A stretch of DNA of 64,000 bases from Candidatus Omnitrophota bacterium. GTDB lineage: Bacteria; Omnitrophota; Omnitrophia; Omnitrophales; Aquincolibacteriaceae. Shown here piece after piece: positions 38,842-47,673 of this stretch; the stretch's first letter is position 1, and each line of letters begins with the position of its first letter. The DNA is taken from assembly GCA_016196545.1 (NCBI GenBank), contig JACPXM010000020.1:4168-68167 (forward strand), written 5' to 3'. The position numbers were made by a program, and so were the translations under genes. Below the pieces are notes generated by a model. The model saw only the letters and a list, made by a program, of their open reading frames with translations, was not told the DNA's origin and did no database searches.

Positions 38842-40597
38842 CGCCTATCATCCGGATGCATCGGTAGCGCTCCTGCGAGACGGAGAGCTCCTCTGGGCCG
38901 CAGAGGAGGAGCGTTTCAACCGGGTCAAACACGCCTCCGGATTTCCGCACCTTGCCTTGAAACACTGTCTTGAGGAGACCGGAATTCCGGCCACGGCGAT
39001 TGATGTGGTGGCTGTTTCAAAAAATCCTCACGCGAATTTCATGAAGAAGGTTCAATTTGTATTGAAATACAGACCCGCCAAAAAATTAATCCTCGACCGT
39101 ATCTTGGCGTTTCGAAAATTTTCACATTTGGATGAAGATTTTTATCGCGACCTCCACACCACTCCAGGATTTCTCAAAGCCAAATTTATGTACGTGGAGC
39201 ATCACCAGTCGCATATTGCTTCGAGTTATTATTTTTCGGGATTTGAGCGGGCCGCCTTTCTCTCCTTGGACGGTATGGGGGATTTTTCATCCGCCATGTG
39301 GGGCCTGGCTGAGGAAGGACACTTGCGGGTGATAGACCGTGTCTTTTTTCCGCACTCCGCAGGATTTCTTTATACGGCCGCAACGCAATTTCTCGGGTTT
39401 CATAAATTTGGCGATGAGTATAAAGTCATGGGACTTGCCGGTTACGGCCAGCCCAAATATTTAGATCTCCTCCGTCATGTTTATCACCTCAAGCGAAACG
39501 GAGGCTTTGAACTGAATCTTCGCTATTTCCTGCATCAGGAGGGTGCCGCCAAAATACGCTGGAAGGGAGGTGCGCCGGAACAGGATATCCTTTTTTCGCG
39601 ACACTGGGAAGAAAAGCTCGGGCGTCCACGCTTGCCGGATGAAGCGATCACACAGCGGGACAAAGATATTGCCGCCTCGTTACAAGCCGCTTTAGAAGAA
39701 ATTTATTTTCATGTGCTAAGAAATCTTTTTCAAAAGACAGAGGAGAGCCGCCTTTGTCTGGCGGGAGGGTGCGCTTTTAATAGTGTCGCCAATGGCAAAA
39801 TTACAAAGGCCACGGGATTTCGCGAGATCTACATTCAGCCCGCCGCAGGAGATGCCGGAACCGCGGTGGGAGCCGCAGCCTTTATTTCTTACGCTGTGTT
39901 CAAAGAGCCAAAACGTACCGTCATGAATCATGCCCACTTTGGAAGCAGCTTTGAAGAGAGGACCCTTGAATCGTGCATTCAATTAAAATTAAAAGAGCTG
40001 GAAAAGGAGCAAGACGGGAACTCAAAGTTCTTTAGGGCTCATTTTTCTGAGGACGAATTAATTGCGAAAACCGTTGAGGCGCTTTCCGAAGGCAAAGTCG
40101 TGGGCTGGTTTCAGGGAAAAATGGAGTTTGGCCCACGCTCCCTTGGCGCACGAAGCATTCTTGCCGATCCCCGCAACCTGGACATGAAAGATATTCTCAA
40201 TCGTCGCATCAAACACCGCGAAACGTTCCGTCCTTTTGCCCCCTCCGTTCCCGAGGAACGGGCCGGCGAATTCTTTGAGATGGACTGCAAGTCATCCCCG
40301 TTTATGTTGAAGGTTTTTCCGGTAAGGCCCGAAAAAAGGTCTGTCCTCCCGGCCGTGACTCATGTGGACGGTAGCGCACGCGTTCAAACAGTTTCTAAAG
40401 AGGTCAATCCGCTTTACTGGAAACTTCTTGAGGCCTTTGGGAAAAAGACCGGTGTCCCGGTTCTCTTAAATACCTCTTTTAACGAACATGAACCCATTGT
40501 GTGCACTCCTGAAGAAGCCATAGACTGTTTCGTGAAGACCCCTATGGATGTGCTCGTTATGGGAAACTATTTTCTTGAAAAAAAGATTCAAGACTAA
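38822..40597 (+). CDS. O-carbamoyltransferase (NodU/CmcH family)
   Basis: EEERFNRVKH, EHHQSH, EYKVMGLA, GDAG, EFGPRSLG, RPFAP, HVDGSAR, LNTSFN. Confidence 0.95.
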   Translation: MIILGINAYHPDASVALLRDGELLWAAEEERFNRVKHASGFPHLALKHCLEETGIPATAIDVVAVSKNPHANFMKKVQFVLKYRPAKKLILDRILAFRKFSHLDEDFYRDLHTTPGFLKAKFMYVEHHQSHIASSYYFSGFERAAFLSLDGMGDFSSAMWGLAEEGHLRVIDRVFFPHSAGFLYTAATQFLGFHKFGDEYKVMGLAGYGQPKYLDLLRHVYHLKRNGGFELNLRYFLHQEGAAKIRWKGGAPEQDILFSRHWEEKLGRPRLPDEAITQRDKDIAASLQAALEEIYFHVLRNLFQKTEESRLCLAGGCAFNSVANGKITKATGFREIYIQPAAGDAGTAVGAAAFISYAVFKEPKRTVMNHAHFGSSFEERTLESCIQLKLKELEKEQDGNSKFFRAHFSEDELIAKTVEALSEGKVVGWFQGKMEFGPRSLGARSILADPRNLDMKDILNRRIKHRETFRPFAPSVPEERAGEFFEMDCKSSPFMLKVFPVRPEKRSVLPAVTHVDGSARVQTVSKEVNPLYWKLLEAFGKKTGVPVLLNTSFNEHEPIVCTPEEAIDCFVKTPMDVLVMGNYFLEKKIQD

Positions 40598-40603
40598 AGA
40601 CAC

Positions 40604-41815
40604 TTGAAACTTCTTCTGATTAATCAAGTTTTTTGGCCGGATGTAGCGGCGACCGCGCAGCATCTTACGGACCTTGCCTGTGAACTCATAAATCAGGGCC
40701 ATGAAGTGACAGTCCTTTGCGCCCGCCGTGGATATACGGAGCCGCATTCTATATTTGCCAAAAAAGAAATTTACCAAGGGATTCACATTGTTCGAGTGTG
40801 GCCCTTCTCTTTGGGCAGAAAATATAAAATTCTTAGAGTTTTAGATTCCCTTATTTTAAATTTTGCGTTTGCGCTGCGACTTGCGAGGCTGGGACATTTT
40901 GAGCGTATCCTTGTTCTTACGTCGCCTCCGCTCGTGGGTGGGGTGGCCGGTTTTTTTGCCAAGCTTTGGAGAAAACCTCTTATTTTGTGGATGATGGATG
41001 TGAATCCCGATGAGGCCATTGAGGCGGGTTGGATTCGACGAAACTCCTTGGAAGCTCACATGCTGGAGTCCGCGCTTCGATGGGTATTAAATCAAAGCCA
41101 AAAAATCATCGTGCTGGACCGCTTTATGCGGGACCGCATCCTTCTTAAAGGCGCCGATCCGAACAAAGTAAAAGTCATCGCGCCCTGGTCTCATGATGAA
41201 GCGATTCAACTTATTCCTCATCGTGATAATCCGTTTCGAAAAAAAAATAATCTTGATGGAAAATTCGTCGTTATGTATTCAGGTAATCTCAGCATTTGCC
41301 ATCCCCTGAACACGCTTTTGGAGGCTGCGTTTTTGCTCAAAGAGGAGCCTACGATTTCCTTTGTTTTCATCGGAGGCGGCCAGCGCACCCAAGATATCCT
41401 TCAGGCCCGCAAAGAGCGCTCTTTATCGAATGTTTTTTATTTTCCTTATCAACCCCGGACAGAGATCAAATATTCTCTTTCGGCAGCCGATCTTCATACC
41501 GTGGTGATGGGGGAACCTTATGTGGGGATTGTTCACCCCTGCAAAATTTACGGAATTTTAAGGCTTGGCCGGCCTTTCATTTACATCGGCCCTCAACAAA
41601 GCGCCCCCGGAGAATTGATGGAGGCCCTAAAGACGGGCGCTCGCGTCGATCACGGAGAAGCGGAAAGGCTTGCGGGGCTCATCCTTAAAATGAAAAATTT
41701 GAGCGAAGCTGAAAAAATGGAAATCCAAAAAATAAATCAGGCACTCGCGCAGCAGTTTTCCGGTCATGAAATTTGCGCCGGGCTCGCGCGCGAAATAACA
41801 GGGAAATTAAATTGA
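40604..41815 (+). CDS. Glycosyltransferase family 4 (WbuB/WcaI-like)
   Basis: NQVFWPD, TSPP, MYSGN, PCKIYG. Confidence 0.88.
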   Translation: MKLLLINQVFWPDVAATAQHLTDLACELINQGHEVTVLCARRGYTEPHSIFAKKEIYQGIHIVRVWPFSLGRKYKILRVLDSLILNFAFALRLARLGHFERILVLTSPPLVGGVAGFFAKLWRKPLILWMMDVNPDEAIEAGWIRRNSLEAHMLESALRWVLNQSQKIIVLDRFMRDRILLKGADPNKVKVIAPWSHDEAIQLIPHRDNPFRKKNNLDGKFVVMYSGNLSICHPLNTLLEAAFLLKEEPTISFVFIGGGQRTQDILQARKERSLSNVFYFPYQPRTEIKYSLSAADLHTVVMGEPYVGIVHPCKIYGILRLGRPFIYIGPQQSAPGELMEALKTGARVDHGEAERLAGLILKMKNLSEAEKMEIQKINQALAQQFSGHEICAGLAREITGKLN

Positions 41816-41817
41816 GG

Positions 41818-43143
41818 ATGATCTCTCAGCGAAGTTTCTTTCTTCTGAGCTGCGATTTATTGTCGCTTGCGATTGCCTATGTCTTTGGTTTCGGCATGCG
41901 CACGGGATTTAACGAATACGCGCTTTCACGGCTGAGCTTTCTTTATTTTTCTTTTATCGTCTTTCCCATTCTCTTTTACACGTTTGACCTTTACTATCCC
42001 TACAAGCATTTTGGCGGCATGCAAACGTTCATTGACGTCGTGCTGGCCGTTGTGACCGGGATTATCCTTTCTGCCGCCGCGGCCTATGCCGACCGTTCCC
42101 TTATTCTGCCCCGGCTTATCTTTTTCTATACCATGATTTCTCTCATTCCCACGATTTACGCGGCCCGACTTTTTTATGATTTTCTTTTTGGCTCAAGACT
42201 CCTCGATAAAAAAGTCATTGTCATTGGAACCGGTCCGCTGGCGCTGGAAATCGTGCGCACCATTCGTGCGACCCCTCATTCGGGAATGGATATTGTCGGC
42301 CTTGTCAGCACAAAAAAAGTGCCCTCGGAAAAAAAGCACGGAATTCCGATCACGGGTTCCCTCAAGGACCTGATCACTTTGATTGACTGGTACAACATTC
42401 AGCTTGTGGTGATGGCGCTGGAGGCCGGAGAAGACCATTCCGAGACTCATGTGATGGCAGACCTGCTGATGCACCGGGTCCAAGTCGTGAGCTCTATCCA
42501 TTTATTTGAGCGGCTGACGCAGGAAATTCCCTATAAGCTATTGGGGCCTCAATACCTTCTCGGATTAATGTCCCAAGTCAAAATTAGGCCTTATCTGAAA
42601 ATGAAGCGGGTTCTTGATCTCATCACGGCCTCTTTATTATTGATCTTTCTTTTGCCTGTTTTTATGTTCGCGTTGTTTTTTCTTTCGATCACGGCGCGCG
42701 GAAAAATATTTTTTTATCAGGACCGCATTGGAAAAGACAGCATCCCCTTCCGTCTCTATAAATTGAGGACGATGGCAGAGTCCCAAAAGGGGCATCTTTA
42801 CATCACGCGTTTCGGAGGATTCCTCAGGAAATTCCGGATCGACGAAATTCCTCAGCTATGGAATGTGATCAAAGGGGATATGAGCCTGATCGGCCCGCGG
42901 CCGGAAATCCCTTATTTTGTGACCCGCTGCCGCAAGCGCATTCCTTTTTATGACGCTGTCTTTGCCGTCAAACCCGGCCTTACGGGATGGGCTCAGGTGA
43001 AATTCCGTTACACGGTATCCGCCAAGGATTATGAGCAGAAATTTCGATACAACTTGTACTATTTAAAAAATATTTCCTTTGCGCTGGATCTTTTGATTGT
43101 TTTGAAGACGATTCGCGTGGTGTCGCTGGGGAGAGGAAAATAA
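41818..43143 (+). CDS. Polyprenyl glycosylphosphotransferase (priming sugar transferase, WcaJ/EpsE type)
   Basis: KRVLD, KLRTM, RIDEIPQLWNVIKGDMSLIGPRPE, KPGLTGWAQV. Confidence 0.93.
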   Translation: MISQRSFFLLSCDLLSLAIAYVFGFGMRTGFNEYALSRLSFLYFSFIVFPILFYTFDLYYPYKHFGGMQTFIDVVLAVVTGIILSAAAAYADRSLILPRLIFFYTMISLIPTIYAARLFYDFLFGSRLLDKKVIVIGTGPLALEIVRTIRATPHSGMDIVGLVSTKKVPSEKKHGIPITGSLKDLITLIDWYNIQLVVMALEAGEDHSETHVMADLLMHRVQVVSSIHLFERLTQEIPYKLLGPQYLLGLMSQVKIRPYLKMKRVLDLITASLLLIFLLPVFMFALFFLSITARGKIFFYQDRIGKDSIPFRLYKLRTMAESQKGHLYITRFGGFLRKFRIDEIPQLWNVIKGDMSLIGPRPEIPYFVTRCRKRIPFYDAVFAVKPGLTGWAQVKFRYTVSAKDYEQKFRYNLYYLKNISFALDLLIVLKTIRVVSLGRGK

Positions 43144-43171
43144 ACCAGAAGGAACCTGGTACCTTTTGGTT
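43143..43171. terminator. Hairpin between convergent genes built from GGAACCTGGTACC repeat
   Basis: aaccagaagg-aacctggta-ccttttggtt; shares aaggaacctggtacctt with the trmJ palindrome. Confidence 0.6.
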
Positions 43172-44273
43172 AGGAACGGGGTTTATCGGAAGAAATAAAG
43201 GGCAATTCGCGGGTCCGTGCCGAAATTTCAGAGTCCGCTGTTTTAATCATTACTTCCTCACTCATACCAAAAGCCTCTTTTGTGACATAGCCTAAGGCAA
43301 TACCCTTTCCAAGCGTCGGTGAAAAACACGCGCTTGTAATCCATCCCGCTTCCAAGCCGTTTTTTAGGACCTTGTTCCCGGATCCCGGGAGCGGACCTCT
43401 CTCGAAGACAAATCCCGTCATTTTTCGCTGGAGTCCCCCGTAAGTTTTTACCCGCGCCACGACTTCTTGTCCTGGATAACAGCCTTTCGTTTCGCTTGCG
43501 GCAAGGCCTTCCAGGCCGGTTTCAGGGAGGGAAATATCCTCGTCCACGTCAATCCCGTAACGAAGCACGCCCGCCTCAATTCTTAAAATTTCACTGGTTC
43601 CATGTCCCACGGGTTGCAGCCCGTAAAGTTTTCCCACCACCATGACACGCTCTGCAACCCGCATGGCGTTTTCTTTGGCCACCGTCAAATGATAGCCCCA
43701 TTCCCCGGTGCGGCTGATGCGGATCACGGTGACCTCCACATCCCCCATGTGAAAATTTCCATGCTGGCGCTTGGAGAGTTCGGGAAAGGGGCCGGGAAAA
43801 AGCGTGTGGGCGAGGGCCTCGGAGCGCGGTCCCTGCAGGGCGAGCAGCGCAAAGTCCTCCGTGATGTCGCGTAATTTTACGTCTTCATTAATAAGGTATT
43901 TATTAAGGTGGGAAATCAGCCGCTTTTCCATCCCCATATCCACGCCCAGCAAGATGGAATTAGCAAAGACAAGGACATTCATATCCATTAAAATCTTTCC
44001 CGTGGCCGTCAAAAGCGCCGCATAACAGCCGTTTCCCAATCCCAAATTTTGAATGTCATTGGAAAGCATGCGATGAAGAAATGCGGCGCGGTCTTTTCCC
44101 GTCACTTCGATTTTCCCCCGGTAGGACTGGTCAATTAATCCCACGGCTTTTCTTACGGCATGATATTCAGTTTGAAAATCCTTAAAAAGGGAAGGGATGC
44201 GCCAATCTTGTTCTACCTTCAGAGTTGCCCCAAGGGATTCCCACAGGGGGTTGAGCGGAAGATCACGAATCAT
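43170..44273 (-). CDS. YgfZ/GcvT-family folate-binding protein
   Basis: EYHAVR, RTGE, RIEAG, KGCYPGQE (YgfZ motif). Confidence 0.88.
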   Translation of the reverse strand: MIRDLPLNPLWESLGATLKVEQDWRIPSLFKDFQTEYHAVRKAVGLIDQSYRGKIEVTGKDRAAFLHRMLSNDIQNLGLGNGCYAALLTATGKILMDMNVLVFANSILLGVDMGMEKRLISHLNKYLINEDVKLRDITEDFALLALQGPRSEALAHTLFPGPFPELSKRQHGNFHMGDVEVTVIRISRTGEWGYHLTVAKENAMRVAERVMVVGKLYGLQPVGHGTSEILRIEAGVLRYGIDVDEDISLPETGLEGLAASETKGCYPGQEVVARVKTYGGLQRKMTGFVFERGPLPGSGNKVLKNGLEAGWITSACFSPTLGKGIALGYVTKEAFGMSEEVMIKTADSEISARTRELPFISSDKPRS

Positions 44274-45372
44274 GCTTTGAAATGTCCTCTGCGATTTTAC
44301 GGTGGGGCGAAGGAAGGGGATAGAATTTAAGGCGGTCTGTGGAAATCCAACGAGAAGGACGCGAGCGAGAAGACTCGAGAAGGGGAAGGCCCATTTTCCT
44401 TGTCGTTTGCCTCATTGCCGTTGCCTCTTTTAATTCGAAGACCTCAAGTGAAATTCGGTATTTTGTAAATCCATGATGGACAGTCATGCGATGGGATAGC
44501 AGGGCCTGCCTTGCCCCGGCACTCGATTTTATGCGACGCATCATTTCATTTCTCGTTTTCCAAAACGGGAATATCCAAAGACCGCCCCAGCGCTCGTCAA
44601 GGGACTGCTTTTGAATTAAGACGTGGCCGTTCCTTCTTAAGATTAAGGCATAATTCCTGATTTTTTCAATAGTTTCTTTCCGTGCCTTCACCGGAAATTT
44701 TTCGGGGTTTCTCCCCTGAAATCCCAGGCAATGGGATTTTAGGGGGCAGGCCGGGCAGCGGGGAGCGTCGGGAAGACAAACCGTTGCCCCCAATTCCATC
44801 AGGGCCTGATTAAAATCACCGGGGTGGAAATCTTTAGACAGAAAGGGATTACGATTGGCCCCGACAAGCGTTGATGCGATGCCCCATAATTTTTTTTGAC
44901 CTTCCGTGGAATCTGCCGGCGTCTTGATTGCGAAAAACCTTGTGAGGACTCGAATCACATTCCCATCCAGCACTGGCACCCTTTCTCGGAACGCAATACT
45001 TGCAATGGCCCCTGCTGTGTAGCGGCCGATACCGGGAAGTGTCATCAACTCGGAGGCCGTTTCAGGGAAACGCTTATTTATAGCAAGCCTTTTTGCAGTT
45101 TCGTGAAGCATTCTGACGCGGCGGTAATAGCCAAGACCCGTCCACAATTTCATTACTTCCTGGAGAGATGTTCGCGCCAAAGATGTAAGGGAGGGAAACC
45201 GCGCAATCCAACGTTTGTAATAGGGGATCACGGTTTTGACCTGTGTTTGTTGCAGCATAATTTCTGAGATCCAAATCTTGTAGGGATCTTTCGTCTGCCT
45301 CCACGGTAAATCCCTCGCCCTCAGCCGATACCATTTAAGAAGGCGATTTCGAAACAACGGATGCGAATGCAT
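44263..45372 (-). CDS. mutY: A/G-specific adenine DNA glycosylase
   Basis: RDLPWR, SEIMLQQT, GLGYY, LPGIGRYTA, LDGNV, C-x6-C-x2-C-x5-C. Confidence 0.95.
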   Translation of the reverse strand: MHSHPLFRNRLLKWYRLRARDLPWRQTKDPYKIWISEIMLQQTQVKTVIPYYKRWIARFPSLTSLARTSLQEVMKLWTGLGYYRRVRMLHETAKRLAINKRFPETASELMTLPGIGRYTAGAIASIAFRERVPVLDGNVIRVLTRFFAIKTPADSTEGQKKLWGIASTLVGANRNPFLSKDFHPGDFNQALMELGATVCLPDAPRCPACPLKSHCLGFQGRNPEKFPVKARKETIEKIRNYALILRRNGHVLIQKQSLDERWGGLWIFPFWKTRNEMMRRIKSSAGARQALLSHRMTVHHGFTKYRISLEVFELKEATAMRQTTRKMGLPLLESSRSRPSRWISTDRLKFYPLPSPHRKIAEDISKHDS

Positions 45373-45378
45373 GAAATG

Positions 45379-45407
45379 AAAGTACTGAATTCCGCCTTCA
45401 AAATCAA
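45379..45407 (-). promoter_or_regulatory. Sigma70 promoter for probably leaderless mutY
   Basis: Minus strand TTGATT-17 nt-TACTTT-6 nt-ATG(45372). Confidence 0.55.
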
Positions 45408-45462
45408 GGATTAAAACCAACTAGTGTTTGTACATTTTTCATGATTGAGGGCGAAGGAATCC

Positions 45463-45560
45463 GCTACCTCCCCCCACCCGGTGTTTAAAAGCTTTTTCAC
45501 ACCGAGTGGGGGGAGGGTTGCCGGGAGAATGACAATTGCACGAACTGGTAGACACCCCCT
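45463..45560. repeat. Intergenic hairpin element plus ~50-bp tail repeated in inverted orientation at 48526-48576
   Basis: ctccccccacccggtgt...acaccgagtggggggag hairpin; 45520-45551 matches reverse complement of 48535-48566 at 31/32. Confidence 0.8.
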
Positions 45561-45609
45561 GGTACTTTTTGGGTGCTGCTGCGAGGACTGAGAGGTGTAT
45601 AATCGAGCC

Positions 45610-46716
45610 GTGGCGAAACGGACCTTAGATCAAATATTGGCCGAACACACGCGTGAAGGCGAGCTTTACGAAAAGCTGCCGGATGGGAGAATCCGCTGCT
45701 TCGCCTGCGGCCACCGCTGTCCGATCCCGGAAGGCCGGGCCGGTGTTTGTAAAATCCGTTTTAATCAAGGTGGAATTTTGCATGTCCCCTGGGGTTATGT
45801 CGGCGGCCTTCAAGATGATCCCGTCGAAAAGAAACCCTTTTTCCATGCCATGCCCGGGGTGCGTGCGCTCAGCTTCGGGATGCTGGGATGCGACTTTCAT
45901 TGCAGCTATTGCCAAAACTGGATTACAAGTCAGGCCCTTCGAGATCCCGAGGCCGTTTCCCCGCCGGTTGAAATTTCCCCCAAAGAACTAGTAAATTTAG
46001 CGATCGAAAGGCAATGTCAATTGGTCACGAGTACTTATAATGAGCCTTTGATTACAAGTGAATGGGGCATTGAAATTTTTAAAGAAGCGAAACACCGCGG
46101 CCTTGTGACGTCCTATGTCTCAAACGGAAATGGAACGTCGGAAGTCCTTGATTATATTCAACCTTGGGTGGATCTCTATAAAGTGGATCTAAAAAGTTTC
46201 GAAGACAGTCACTATCGGGAGCTTGGCGGCGCTCTAAAAAATGTTTGCGAGACAATCCGCGGGCTTTACGAGCGCAAAATCTGGCTGGAAGTCTTAACGC
46301 TCTTAATTCCGGGATTCAATAATTCTGATGAGGAACTTACCCGCCTTGCGGAATTTCTCGTTTCGGTTTCGCCCGATATCCCCTGGCATGTAACGGCCTT
46401 CCATAAAGATTACAAAATGATGCACTCTGAAAACACACAACCGGAACATCTTCTCCGCGCTGCAGAGATCGGAAAAAAAGCGGGGATTCGTTACCTCTAT
46501 CTCGGCAATCTCCCCGGCCAGGTGGGAGGATGGGAAAATACAATTTGTCCGGAATGCGGAGAAATCCTAGTCCGGCGATTTGGTTTTAAAGTTCTCTCCG
46601 ATTTCCTTACGAAATCCGAAGGTTATTGTCCTAAATGCCGATACAAAATCCCAGGGTTTTGGAAGAAACCAACGGTTCACCGGAGTTCAGAAGGTTATGT
46701 GCAACCTCTCCTGTAA
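45610..46716 (+). CDS. AmmeMemoRadiSam system radical SAM enzyme
   Basis: CFACGHRC, DPVEKKPFFH, CDFHCSYCQNW, TYNEP, C-terminal CPEC/CPKC; start GTG 45610 after TATAAT. Confidence 0.9.
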   Translation: MAKRTLDQILAEHTREGELYEKLPDGRIRCFACGHRCPIPEGRAGVCKIRFNQGGILHVPWGYVGGLQDDPVEKKPFFHAMPGVRALSFGMLGCDFHCSYCQNWITSQALRDPEAVSPPVEISPKELVNLAIERQCQLVTSTYNEPLITSEWGIEIFKEAKHRGLVTSYVSNGNGTSEVLDYIQPWVDLYKVDLKSFEDSHYRELGGALKNVCETIRGLYERKIWLEVLTLLIPGFNNSDEELTRLAEFLVSVSPDIPWHVTAFHKDYKMMHSENTQPEHLLRAAEIGKKAGIRYLYLGNLPGQVGGWENTICPECGEILVRRFGFKVLSDFLTKSEGYCPKCRYKIPGFWKKPTVHRSSEGYVQPLL

Positions 46717-47446
46717 GAAAAAAGGCGAAAAGCAAAAATTTCCCCTACGAGGTTTCCGCATTGCAGGGAACCTGGTGCTCGTGGGGTTATTTTCCCTTTC
46801 GTCTTTTGCTGCAGAAGATTCCTCCTCGAATTGGTATTCAGAAAAAGACAATGTGACGGCGGATGAAAAACTTTATTTAGAAAAGGCGAGCCAAGAATTT
46901 GTAATCGTGGAGGAGCATTTGGCGGAACTTCGAAGACAGAAGACGTTTAGGCAATTGGAGAATCAAAATACCCTCCAAGAAATCGAAAAAGAGAAAAGTT
47001 TCGCGGAGGGCCGGCTTAAAATTCTAAAATCGGCATCAGAGGCGGAACGCGCCCATGCGCAACAGGAATTTGAAAAATCACTTTCGCACTTTAATCAAGG
47101 GATGGAAAAAACCTCTAAAAATATGCTCTCGGAAGATCATTATTTTCTCTGGCAGCTTCGTTCCCAAATGCGCGACCGGGAATATCAAGAAAAGCAAATT
47201 CATAAAATTAAGCCCGACCCGAGTTGGGGAAATAAGGAAAAGCTCGATCAAAAATTGAAGGCCGCCATCGGTAAAAGAAAGACCTTGGATGAGAAAATTA
47301 AGGCCTATGAGAAATCCAAAGGAAAGGCACGCGACGAGGCCCGTCAAGCCCTTGAAGAGGAAATGAAATCTCTAAATAAGGAATATAAGGAAATCCTTTC
47401 AAGGTCCAAACGCAGCCAGGGGCCGGTGATTAAAACGATCCAATAA
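46697..47446 (+). CDS. Exported coiled-coil hypothetical protein
   Basis: Signal-like ...LVGLFSLSSFA; E/K-rich helical body; start uncertain. Confidence 0.6.
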   Translation: MCNLSCKKKGEKQKFPLRGFRIAGNLVLVGLFSLSSFAAEDSSSNWYSEKDNVTADEKLYLEKASQEFVIVEEHLAELRRQKTFRQLENQNTLQEIEKEKSFAEGRLKILKSASEAERAHAQQEFEKSLSHFNQGMEKTSKNMLSEDHYFLWQLRSQMRDREYQEKQIHKIKPDPSWGNKEKLDQKLKAAIGKRKTLDEKIKAYEKSKGKARDEARQALEEEMKSLNKEYKEILSRSKRSQGPVIKTIQ

Positions 47447-47673
47447 GTTAATTTCAGATTTTATTAAGATATCCTTTGCCAACGTTATTCCCCCCCCTCC
47501 CCACCCATTCTCCTAAAGCAACCCAGTCAAATAGGAATGAATTGTAACTTTTGATTGTTTTATTATGTCATAACTTGTTTATTTTTAAATGGTTATAGCT
47601 ATTGCAATGAAATCTTAATGTGGTAATTTTCCCTATAGGGGGGGGGTTGGGGCCTTTAGCAGAAAGGAGTCCG

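Noticed and set aside
30269-40597. Genuine Nod-factor (nodABC) cluster
   Set aside because: No NodC-type processive chitin synthase or clear NodA; context is a lipid-carrier surface polysaccharide locus
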